A stretch of 64,000 bases of DNA from Chloroflexota bacterium (GTDB taxonomy: Bacteria; Chloroflexota; Limnocylindria; Limnocylindrales; CSP1-4), in NCBI GenBank assembly GCA_017881915.1, contig JADGQK010000004.1:1024-65023 (forward strand). Reading direction: 5' to 3'. This document shows, piece by piece, positions 27,071-34,965 of the stretch. The translations under genes and the position numbers were made by a program. A model generated the notes under the pieces. The model saw only the letters and a list, made by a program, of their open reading frames with translations, was not told where the DNA came from and searched no databases. Every line of letters starts with the position of its first letter. Positions within the stretch are counted from its first letter, which is position 1.

Positions 27071-27651
27071 CTGCCGGCGTCGGGCTCCGAGAGGGCCACC
27101 GGGACACGGCCTCGTTCCGCGTCAGTCGCAGTGAAGAATGCCCGCGGCGTCCAGCCGAAGAGGCCGGCCAGGAGGACCGCCGGGACCTGCCGGATCCGGG
27201 TGTTGTAGCGGGCCACCGAATCGTTGTACAGCTCGCGCCGGTCGGCGATCACGCCCTCCAGCCGCTGGATCTCGGCCTGCAGCGCGAGCACGTTGGTCGC
27301 CGACTTCAGGTTCGGGTAGTTCTCGACCGTCGCGAAGAGCTGGCGGACCGCCCGGCTGGTCGCCTCCGACGTCGCCGCCTGCTCCGGGACGGGGACGTCG
27401 CCCGAGTAGGCGTTGCGCAGGCGGGTCACCTCGGTCAGGACGCCCTGCTCGAAGCCCATCACCCCGCGCACGGCGCTGACCAGGTTGGGCAGCTCGTCGA
27501 AGCGCTGCTTGAGGGTCACGTCGATATTGGCCCAGGCCTTGTCGATCCGCTGGGTCAGGGCGACGATCTCGTTGTAGGTTGCGAAGGCGAGGAATCCAAA
27601 CAGGACCAGCACGATGAGCGCGGCGAAGGCGGCTGCGGCGACGTACGGCAT
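27067..27651 (-). CDS. lemA: LemA family protein
   Basis: N-terminal TM helix then the typical LemA sequence YNEIVALTQRIDKAWANIDVTLKQRFDELPNLV...VENYPNLKS...YNTRIRQVP. Confidence 0.9.
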   Translation of the reverse strand: MPYVAAAAFAALIVLVLFGFLAFATYNEIVALTQRIDKAWANIDVTLKQRFDELPNLVSAVRGVMGFEQGVLTEVTRLRNAYSGDVPVPEQAATSEATSRAVRQLFATVENYPNLKSATNVLALQAEIQRLEGVIADRRELYNDSVARYNTRIRQVPAVLLAGLFGWTPRAFFTATDAERGRVPVALSEPDAGS

Positions 27652-28784
27652 CAGGTGCCCAGCCCGCCGCTGACCAACCAGGCCAGCGCCAATGCGCAGC
27701 CGATCGCGAGAGCGGCCCCGAGCAGCCCGACATGGAACCGGTCGTCGGCACGCTGGGCGGCTACCGCGGCCGTCCCGGACGTGACCAGCAGGCGCATCTC
27801 GGGTCCGCCGGCGAGGATCAGGCTGGTCGGGGTGATGTCGAACGTCCGCTCGGCCTGGGCAGCCTCGGCTGCGCCGGCAAGCTCGCTCGGCCGGGCGGCT
27901 GGGTCGAGGATGGGAGCCCGGACCGGCCGGCCGACCCCGAAGCCCGGAATTGCCGCGTTGCCCCAGGCCTGCTCGGGGCTGGCCGCCAGGCTCCCGGTCG
28001 CCCGGGCGGCCGCCAGGTCGGCGGCGATCTCCGGGTCGCTGCCGACCGCATTGAGGCCCCCGTCCATGGCGTCCGAGCCGTTCGGGTCGGCGAGCTGATC
28101 GAAGGGCAGGCTCATGCCCACGATCGTGACCGGGTCGCCGACGGCGAGGCGTGCCTCACGATAATGGCGTCGGCCGCCGGTCAACCCCAGGCTCGAGCCG
28201 CCGAAGAAGCCGCCCGGCGCCCGGAGCGCCGGCGAGCCGTCCGAGCCGTCGAGCGCCGGACCAGCCGGGTGGACCGTGAGCAGCTCGGCGATCTGTGTCT
28301 CGCGATCCTTCTCAGCCGCGTCGGTCGCTGGTCCGTTCCGCAGGCGCAGACCGATGGGCTCCTCGCCGAGGATCCCGCTCCGGGCATTGAAGAGGTCCGG
28401 GACATCGAATGCCGCGCCGCGCGGGAAGACCCGGATCGAGCCGCTCGCGTCCCGAACGCGGAAGCCAACCGCCCGTTCGTCGTGGAAGACCCGCGACTCC
28501 GAGCGGTCGCCTTCTTCCATCACGCTGGACCGGTAGTAGACGCACGGCTCCGATTGCAGGGGAGACGTGAGGGTCAGCTCGGCTGCCTCGATCGTCCCGC
28601 TCACCCGATTCTCGCCGACCGCGATCGCGCTGATCGTCGCGCCGGCGATATCCGAGATCAGGTTCGCCCGGCGGTAGCCACCCATGCCCCGGCCGAGCAG
28701 GACGAGACCCGCGCCGATCCCGAGGATCGCCAGGGCGGCTGGCCCGGTTGGGCCAATGACGGCGAGCGTGATCAAGCTGGGCAC
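27651..28784 (-). CDS. membrane protein, GIDE-like (commonly paired with LemA)
   Basis: N- and C-terminal TM helices. The central region VSGTIEAAELTLTSPLQSEPCVYYRS resembles the GIDE domain. Its stop overlaps the lemA start (TGATG). Confidence 0.6.
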   Translation of the reverse strand: MPSLITLAVIGPTGPAALAILGIGAGLVLLGRGMGGYRRANLISDIAGATISAIAVGENRVSGTIEAAELTLTSPLQSEPCVYYRSSVMEEGDRSESRVFHDERAVGFRVRDASGSIRVFPRGAAFDVPDLFNARSGILGEEPIGLRLRNGPATDAAEKDRETQIAELLTVHPAGPALDGSDGSPALRAPGGFFGGSSLGLTGGRRHYREARLAVGDPVTIVGMSLPFDQLADPNGSDAMDGGLNAVGSDPEIAADLAAARATGSLAASPEQAWGNAAIPGFGVGRPVRAPILDPAARPSELAGAAEAAQAERTFDITPTSLILAGGPEMRLLVTSGTAAVAAQRADDRFHVGLLGAALAIGCALALAWLVSGGLGT

Positions 28785-28831
28785 CGGCCCATCCTAGCCG
28801 GGCGGAATCGCGCCGCGCGAGCCGCCGAAGG

Positions 28832-29566
28832 TCAGGGGGTGGTGCCGCCGGGGGTCCGGCGGATCGAGAGTGCCAGGAGGACCACGCCGAGCACGACCAG
28901 GGCGGCCGGCCAATACGGGTCGAGATCGAACCTGGGAGCGAAGGTCCGGATCAGGAAGTACAGGCCCAGCCCGACGAGGATCAGGCCGCCGACGATGCCG
29001 CCGATGCCCGGGTGGTCCGAGCCAAAGCCGCGCTCGGCCCTTCGCGCGGCCCGTCGCGCGTCGCGCGCGGCGCGCCGACTCGGCCAGCCCGAATCGCTCG
29101 GTCCGCCAGGCCCGGGTGGAATCCAGCCAGCGACGACTGGCGCGGCGAAACCCGGCGCGGCGAAACCCGGCGCGGTGGTCGGACCCGTGCCCGGCTCGAT
29201 CGGCGCGGAGGGTCCTGTGGTGGTCGCCGACGCTCCCGTGACGGGATCCACGCTTCCGGTTGAGGGCGTCTCTGCGGCAGGCGCCGCGGCCGGCTCGGTG
29301 ATCGGGCTGTTCGGCGCCGACCAGTTCGCCGACCAGCCCGCCGAGCCCATTGCCGACCAGCCGCCGGCCGGGCCCCCGACGGGCTCATCGGGTACGACGA
29401 TCGCCATCACGATGTAGATGAGCAGGAAGATCCCACCCGACAGGATGGTCAGGATCGCCCAGGCAATCCGGACGAACGAGGGATCAAGGTCGAACCGATC
29501 GGCCACGCCGCCGGCGACGCCGGCCAGCATCCGCTCGGAACGGGAACGGTACAAGCGGTCGTTCAT
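28832..29566 (-). CDS. PspC domain-containing membrane protein
   Basis: N-terminal PspC motif LYRSRSERMLAGVAGGVADRFDLDPSFVRIAWAIL. Low-complexity Pro/Ala/Gly middle and a C-terminal TM region. Confidence 0.85.
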   Translation of the reverse strand: MNDRLYRSRSERMLAGVAGGVADRFDLDPSFVRIAWAILTILSGGIFLLIYIVMAIVVPDEPVGGPAGGWSAMGSAGWSANWSAPNSPITEPAAAPAAETPSTGSVDPVTGASATTTGPSAPIEPGTGPTTAPGFAAPGFAAPVVAGWIPPGPGGPSDSGWPSRRAARDARRAARRAERGFGSDHPGIGGIVGGLILVGLGLYFLIRTFAPRFDLDPYWPAALVVLGVVLLALSIRRTPGGTTP

Positions 29567-30603
29567 TGACAGCCTCCACCCGGGTTCAGCTCGACGCTTC
29601 CCGCATTTGCCGTTGTCTGGAGGTCGATCACGACCCCGCTGGTCGCGAGTCCCGGGCTGGTCCAGGTATTGCCGTCCTGGATGAGCCCCTGCTCACCGAA
29701 GTTGTTGCCCGAGAGCGCCCCCCCTGTCTGGATCCGGAGACCAACCCCGGCTGGCGCACAGAACCCGAAGTGTCCCGCGTTCACGGTTACCGAGCCGCTC
29801 ATCGTGGTGGAGGGCAGGGCAACGAGCACGTCTCCGGCATTGATCGTCGCGTCGAACGAGCCGACCGAGGTGGTCTTCGACAGGTCGATCCGGACAGAGC
29901 CGGCGTTGCCGGTCAGCGACAGGCCCGTGAGCCGCGCGCCGCCGAGGTCCAGGCGGGCCGTGCCGGCGTTCATCGTGAGCGACAGGTCGAGGTTCGGATT
30001 GGTCGGCAGCTGGAGATGCCAGTCGGACCGGGCAGCGCCGAAGTTGAACAGGTCACCGCCACGGCCATTCGCGATCGAGAGGCTGTCGGCGCTGGAGTTG
30101 ACCGCCGGACGCCACTCGGCGTCGCCGCTTCCCGAGAACGTCCAGCCTGGGCCGGCGGCGGTCGTCAGCGTGGCGGTCCCGCAGTCGATCGTCAGGTCCA
30201 CCGACGCCGAGGATCCAAAGGTGCCCGTGCTGGTCGGGAAGGCGGTCGCCGAGCTCCCGCCGCTCGCACAGCCCATCGCGCTGATCCCGCCGGCCAGGGC
30301 GCCGCCGAGGATCAGGCCGAACGTGATGGCCGTCAGCAGGCCGCCGACGAAGTGGAGCGGACCACGGGCCAGGATGATCCCCAGGCCGGCGGCGATCAGG
30401 AAGACCGGCCAGAGGCGCCAGGCGCCGCCCACCGCCGCTCGATCCAGCCAGCCCAGCTGGACCGCCATTGGGATGGCGCCGAGCGCGATGAAGAAGATCC
30501 CCCACTCGAAGAACCGACGCTCGATGCGCATTCCGATCCCTCCCCGCCGGCGCCTGGCCCGCGTCTCATCGATGAATGATTTTGCGCTCTCCCGGGCGAT
30601 CAC
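29563..30603 (-). CDS. LiaF/toastrack-like membrane protein (cell-envelope stress associated)
   Basis: N-terminal TM helices followed by a repetitive beta-rich region (LDLSLTMNAGTARLDLGGARLTGLSLTGNAGSVRIDL). 4-nt overlap with the PspC gene. ATG 30531 (MRIERRFFEWG) is an alternative start. Confidence 0.6.
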   Translation of the reverse strand: MIARESAKSFIDETRARRRRGGIGMRIERRFFEWGIFFIALGAIPMAVQLGWLDRAAVGGAWRLWPVFLIAAGLGIILARGPLHFVGGLLTAITFGLILGGALAGGISAMGCASGGSSATAFPTSTGTFGSSASVDLTIDCGTATLTTAAGPGWTFSGSGDAEWRPAVNSSADSLSIANGRGGDLFNFGAARSDWHLQLPTNPNLDLSLTMNAGTARLDLGGARLTGLSLTGNAGSVRIDLSKTTSVGSFDATINAGDVLVALPSTTMSGSVTVNAGHFGFCAPAGVGLRIQTGGALSGNNFGEQGLIQDGNTWTSPGLATSGVVIDLQTTANAGSVELNPGGGCQ

Positions 30604-30693
30604 GCCCGTGGTAGCCTCGGCCGGGACCGGTTACTGACCGGCCCCGCGATCCGGCGACAGACCGGCCCAGGATGGGGCAGGGGAGGTCCAGCG

Positions 30694-31302
30694 ATGCGAC
30701 TGAGCGGGTGGCGGACAAAGGCCCCGGGCCGCGACGGGATCAACCCGAAGGTCATCGATACGGTCGGATCGATTCTCACGGCGCTGGGCGCCGAGGCCGA
30801 CCCGCATTGCTGGGTGACCTGGGGCGACGAGACTGCCAGTCGCTGGGCCCTCATGGCTCCCTGTCCGGCCGGCCTGGCCGTGGTCAACGTCCGGGCGGGC
30901 GGTCCCCAGGAGGGGTCACGCGCCGGCGGCCGGCTGGTCCGCTGGAGCAAGGTCCAGGTCGGGGAGCTGGCTGCCGAGGCGGAGCAAGGTCACCGCCTCG
31001 TGATGTTCCAGCTCGAGGGCCAGCCGATACGAGGTGCCGACGAGCAGGCTGACGACGTCGCCGCGTTCGCCGGCCTGACCCTCGCCGGGATCGAAGGACG
31101 GCCGTTGCCGGATCTCGACCGGGGCGTGAAGGGCCGAGCGGTGGTCCCGACAAGGTCGACGGGCAAGCCGCCGGCCAACCGAGCGATCGCGGCGGCGGCC
31201 CGGCCGGGATCGCCTGGGTCGGTCGCGGGGTCGGCGCCACCACCGGCGGGGGGCGCCGCGGCCCGGTCGCCCGGGACGTCCCGCCGTTCGGCCGCCGGCT
31301 GA
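30694..31302 (+). CDS. hypothetical protein with low-complexity Pro/Ala/Gly C-terminus
   Basis: GGGGAGG RBS 7 nt upstream of ATG 30694 and G/C-rich third positions. No recognised family. Confidence 0.5.
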   Translation: MRLSGWRTKAPGRDGINPKVIDTVGSILTALGAEADPHCWVTWGDETASRWALMAPCPAGLAVVNVRAGGPQEGSRAGGRLVRWSKVQVGELAAEAEQGHRLVMFQLEGQPIRGADEQADDVAAFAGLTLAGIEGRPLPDLDRGVKGRAVVPTRSTGKPPANRAIAAAARPGSPGSVAGSAPPPAGGAAARSPGTSRRSAAG

Positions 31303-31321
31303 GCCGCGCGCCGAGCCCTCG

Positions 31322-31477
31322 CCGAGGAGGCGCCTGGGCATCGATCCGGAGGACTGCCCGGTCATCGAGGACTCGCTCACCGGCGTGCTTGCCGCCCGGG
31401 CCGCGGGGAGGACGGTCGCACTCGTTCCCAATGGCTCGGTCTCCCGGCTGCCGGTGCCCGAGAGGCAGCTTCGATGA
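31322..31477 (+). pseudogene. HAD-superfamily hydrolase C-terminal remnant
   Basis: The frame containing 31334 reads RRLGIDPEDCPVIEDSLTGVLAARAAGRTVALVPN, stopping at 31475-31477. This is the typical HAD motif IV region. There is no start codon or N-terminal HAD motifs upstream in any frame. Confidence 0.5.
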
Positions 31478-31577
31478 CCCTCGCCAGCCTTGGCCGAGCT
31501 GGACCCGCTGCCGCCGTTGCCCGCCGCCTAGCCGTTCCTGCGATACTCGCCCAGACAACGATCCACGAGGAGATTCG

Positions 31578-31943
31578 GTGGGCGCAACGGGACTCGCCGC
31601 CAACCCGACGGAGTATCGGGAGCGGCTCCAGGAGCAGGAAGATGCCCAACTCGACGCTTGGGCGGCGGAGCTGATGCGAGATATCGCTCGGCGGCGCGGC
31701 GTCCTCCGGGTGTTGGCCGATTTCAGGAAGGCAGCGCAGGTCGACGACCGGGCGCTCGAGCGGATCTACGCCGCCGGTGGCGGCGCCCCGGCCACCTTCG
31801 GGCGCGACGCTCAGGGCGAGGCGATCGTTCCGGCGGTGATGCTGTGGGTCCTCGTCCCGGGCATCCGTCGGGAGGCAGCGGACGGCCGCGATCGGATCGT
31901 GGAGTACCTCGTCGAGAACTTCGAGGACCTGGTTTACGTCTGA
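31578..31943 (+). CDS. hypothetical protein (121 aa)
   Basis: GAGGAG RBS 5 nt upstream of GTG 31578 and G/C-rich third positions. No recognised family. The ORF-track N-terminal extension (from 31389) is Arg/Pro/Cys-rich and implausible. Confidence 0.5.
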   Translation: MGATGLAANPTEYRERLQEQEDAQLDAWAAELMRDIARRRGVLRVLADFRKAAQVDDRALERIYAAGGGAPATFGRDAQGEAIVPAVMLWVLVPGIRREAADGRDRIVEYLVENFEDLVYV

Positions 31944-31980
31944 CCGGCCGGGCAGCTCCGCCCGGGCCGCCGGGCAGGCC

Positions 31981-32823
31981 GTCGGGCAAGTCCTCGGGAT
32001 CGTCAGGCTCGTTCACCCGTTCCCGTCGCTTCTGGACGCCGTCCTCACCGCAGGGCTCGTCCGGCTGGCCGGCTCCGGCTGGGACCACGCCGCGCTCCTC
32101 GGCTTGGCGATGTTCGGGCTGCAGGCCTCGATCGGGACGCTGAACGACCTCGTCGATATCGAGCGTGATCGCGGCCATAAACCGGGCAAGCCACTCCCGA
32201 CTGGGCTCATTGCGATCCCCACGGCCAGGGCGATCGCGGCCGGCGGCCTCCTGCTCGGGCTGGTCCTGTCAGTGGCTGTCCGACCGATCCTCGGGGTCAT
32301 TGCCCTGCTGGGCGTCGCGACGGGCTACGCCTACGACTTCCGGCTCAAGGCGAGCCGCTGGTCGTGGTTGCCCTTCACGATCGGGATCCCGCTCCTGCCG
32401 GTGTATGCCTGGGTCGGGGCAACCGGTCGGCTCCCCGCAGTCTTCTTCGTGCTCGTCCCGCTGGCCGTCATGGGCGGCGCGGCTCTCGCCCTGGCCAATG
32501 AGCTGGCCGACGATGAGCGCGATCGTGGGGCCGGCGTCGAGACGTCCGTGGTTGCCCTGGGACGAGCGCGTGCCTGGCGGGTTGGAGCCGGGCTTCAGGC
32601 GCTCGTTGCGGTCGTTGCCGGAGCCTCGCTGATCGCGAGTGGCGCACCGACGCTCGCCGTTGGCGCGGCAGATGCCGCGATTGCCCTCACGATGATCGGC
32701 GTGGCCCTTGGTCGGAGCCGCCTGCCGAGCAGCCGGGAGCGAGGCTGGGAGGTCCAGGCGATCGGGCTCGGCGCCCTGGCGGTCGCCTGGCTGGCCGGGA
32801 TCGCAAGCAGGGGCCTCGCCTAG
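31981..32823 (+). CDS. UbiA-family prenyltransferase; start codon unresolved
   Basis: NDLVDIERDRGHKPGKPLP (NDxxDxxxD) motif, a second Asp-rich motif NELADDERD, and multiple TM spans. The ORF-track start TTG 32104 would remove a TM1-like segment (VLGIVRLVHPFPSLLDAVLTAGLV) that is in frame upstream. There is no ATG/GTG/TTG in 31944-32103. Confidence 0.75.
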   Translation, partial: VGQVLGIVRLVHPFPSLLDAVLTAGLVRLAGSGWDHAALLGLAMFGLQASIGTLNDLVDIERDRGHKPGKPLPTGLIAIPTARAIAAGGLLLGLVLSVAVRPILGVIALLGVATGYAYDFRLKASRWSWLPFTIGIPLLPVYAWVGATGRLPAVFFVLVPLAVMGGAALALANELADDERDRGAGVETSVVALGRARAWRVGAGLQALVAVVAGASLIASGAPTLAVGAADAAIALTMIGVALGRSRLPSSRERGWEVQAIGLGALAVAWLAGIASRGLA

Positions 32824-32901
32824 CCTCGCTGCGGGCCGTCATACCGCCGAGGACCCCAGGGTCGGGCGCAGAGCGCGGAACCTGTCCGAGGCCGGCCCGT
32901 C

Positions 32902-33972
32902 CTAGCCGGAGTCGCCGCTCCGGACCAGGGCGATCGCATTCTCGAGCCGGAGCTTTGCGATCGTCAGGTACTTGGCCAGGTTCGAGCGGTCCACATCGCC
33001 GATCGACTCGAGAACGTCCTTCTGGCGCAGCACTCCGAAGAGTTCCTCGAGAGAGTCGGCCAGCCCCTGCTTCGCCACGAGGAGCGAATCCTCGCGCAGC
33101 GGAGCAACCGGCCGGACACCCGACCAGGCAGAGCCGGCTGCGTCGGCCAGGTCATCGCCCCTGGCGGCCGCGTTCGCGGGAGCCTTGGCGGTGGTCTTGC
33201 CGAGCGGCGCCTCCACCCCGGAGAGGCCGGCTTCGTAGCCGGGATTGTCGTCGAGGTCGACGCCGCGCCCGCGACGGCCCTCGATCTTCTGCTTGAGCTT
33301 GACCAGGGAAAGCTCGCCACTGGCTACCTGGGCGGCCAGCCGGCGGCGCTTCCTTGGATCCTCGACCTTCATCAACTCGTAGGCGTGCGACAAGGTGTCC
33401 TTGCGCAAAGACACGAGCTGGCGGATCTCCTCTGGGGCATCGGCCAGGCGCAGCCGATTCTCCAGATAGCCCTTGTCCTTGCCGAGCTTCTGGGCCAGCC
33501 GGCGGATGCTGTAGCCGTGCTCCTTGACCATCCGGTCGTACATCGTCGCTTCCTCGAGCGGCGAGAGATCCTCGCGCTGGAGGTTCTCGATGATGCCGAT
33601 CTCGAGGGCGGTGTCGTCGTCGATCTCCTCGATCATTGCCGGAATCGAATCGAGGCCGGCCGCCTTGGCTGCGCGCCAGCGTCGCTCGCCCGCGATCAGC
33701 TGGTAGCGACCGGGGGGACCGAAGGGGCGAAGCAGGACCGGCTGAAGGATGCCGTGCTCGCGGATCGAAGCCGCCAATTCATCCAGCGCTCCCTGCTCGA
33801 AGGTCATCCGGGGCTGATCCGGGTTCGCCTCGATCCGGCTGACCGGAACGTGCCGAACGCTGAGGTGGCGCGCCGCGCCCTCTGACGAGAGGAGGCTGAT
33901 GACCGCGGGACCAAGCTCGCGTTCCTCGGACAGGCGGCGGGCGGCCGTTGCCCGGAAATCTGTTCTAGCCAA
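32902..33972 (-). CDS. parB: chromosome partitioning protein ParB/Spo0J
   Basis: ParB box GILQPVLLRP...YQLIAGERRWRAAKAAGL plus an HTH region. 8-nt overlap with parA. Confidence 0.92.
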   Translation of the reverse strand: MARTDFRATAARRLSEERELGPAVISLLSSEGAARHLSVRHVPVSRIEANPDQPRMTFEQGALDELAASIREHGILQPVLLRPFGPPGRYQLIAGERRWRAAKAAGLDSIPAMIEEIDDDTALEIGIIENLQREDLSPLEEATMYDRMVKEHGYSIRRLAQKLGKDKGYLENRLRLADAPEEIRQLVSLRKDTLSHAYELMKVEDPRKRRRLAAQVASGELSLVKLKQKIEGRRGRGVDLDDNPGYEAGLSGVEAPLGKTTAKAPANAAARGDDLADAAGSAWSGVRPVAPLREDSLLVAKQGLADSLEELFGVLRQKDVLESIGDVDRSNLAKYLTIAKLRLENAIALVRSGDSG

Positions 33973-34732
33973 GTTCGATCACCTCCCGTGCCAACTCACG
34001 ATAGGTCCGGGCCGCGTCGGAGCTGGTGGCATACGACGTGATCGGACGGCCCGTGAGCGGCGCTTCACCGAGCTTCACGGTATTGCGGACGATCGTATTG
34101 AAAACATGATGGTCGCCCAGCTCACGCAGCTCGTCGAGCATCTCCCGGCCCAGGATTGTCCGACCGTCATAGAACGTTGGCAGGAGGCCAAGCACGCGCA
34201 GGTCGCGGTTGAGCTTGGCCCGGATCGTGTTGATCACCTTGACCAGGGCGGTCAGGCCCTTGAGCGCGTAATACTGGGTCTGGACCGGGATGATCACGCT
34301 CCGCGCGGCGACGAGCCCGTTGATCGTCAGCAGCCCGAGTGTCGGCGGGCAATCGATCAAGGCAAAGTCGTAGTGCTGGTCAACCCAGCCGTCGAGGGCT
34401 TCGCGCAGGGCGTGTTCCCGGCCAATCGCACTGAACAGCTCCACCTCCGTCGACGCAAGTTCGAGCGTCGCCGGTGCAACATCAATCCCGGTTGTCTGGG
34501 TAGGGATCACGATCTCGGCCATCGTCGCGCGCGAATCAGCCAACACATCGGCAACGGAGCGGTCAACCGTCCCAAGGTTGATGCCAAGGCCAACGGTCAG
34601 GTTGGCCTGGGGGTCCATGTCGATGCACAGGACGCGATAACCCTGTTCGGCCAGGGCACCCCCAAGGTTGATCGCGGTCGTCGTCTTGCCGACACCGCCC
34701 TTCTGATTCGCAATCGCGATCACATTCGCCAC
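33965..34732 (-). CDS. parA: chromosome partitioning ATPase ParA/Soj
   Basis: Deviant Walker A IAIANQKGGVGKTTT. GAGGTG lies 8 nt upstream of in-frame GTG 34732. The ORF-track start 35125 is an implausible Arg-rich extension; ATG 34816 is an alternative. Confidence 0.92.
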   Translation of the reverse strand: MANVIAIANQKGGVGKTTTAINLGGALAEQGYRVLCIDMDPQANLTVGLGINLGTVDRSVADVLADSRATMAEIVIPTQTTGIDVAPATLELASTEVELFSAIGREHALREALDGWVDQHYDFALIDCPPTLGLLTINGLVAARSVIIPVQTQYYALKGLTALVKVINTIRAKLNRDLRVLGLLPTFYDGRTILGREMLDELRELGDHHVFNTIVRNTVKLGEAPLTGRPITSYATSSDAARTYRELAREVIELG

Positions 34733-34827
34733 GGGCGCATCACCTCGATGTTGCTGGTCGGAACGTCGCGCACTGCGGAATCCGTCCCGGAATAGTACTC
34801 CACGATCCAAGCCCATGGTTGATCGAC

Positions 34828-34870
34828 TTATCCACAGGTCCCGCCAGTTGTTCACCGAATCTGTGGATAG
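34828..34870. promoter_or_regulatory. pair of inverted DnaA boxes upstream of parA
   Basis: TTATCCACA (34828-34836) is the perfect consensus. TGTGGATAG (34862-34870) is the reverse complement of CTATCCACA. A weaker TTGTTCACC lies between them. Confidence 0.55.
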
Positions 34871-34965
34871 CCCGGCCGATCGTTTGCCCAGGATGGCGGG
34901 GTCGATATCATGTACCACATTGAGGCGGCCGGGAACTGTCCGTACGCAAAGACAGGCAAGAGGGG

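Noticed and set aside
29140-29172. Tandem 15-nt repeat GCGCGGCGAAACCCG x2
   Set aside because: It lies inside the Pro/Gly/Ala-rich low-complexity segment of the PspC-domain protein (PGFAAPGFAAP). It is coding slippage-type repetition.
32824-34965. Search for parS (TGTTNCACGTGAAACA-type) sites around parAB
   Set aside because: I saw no match to the parS palindrome in or near parAB by eye. Absence in this window is not informative.
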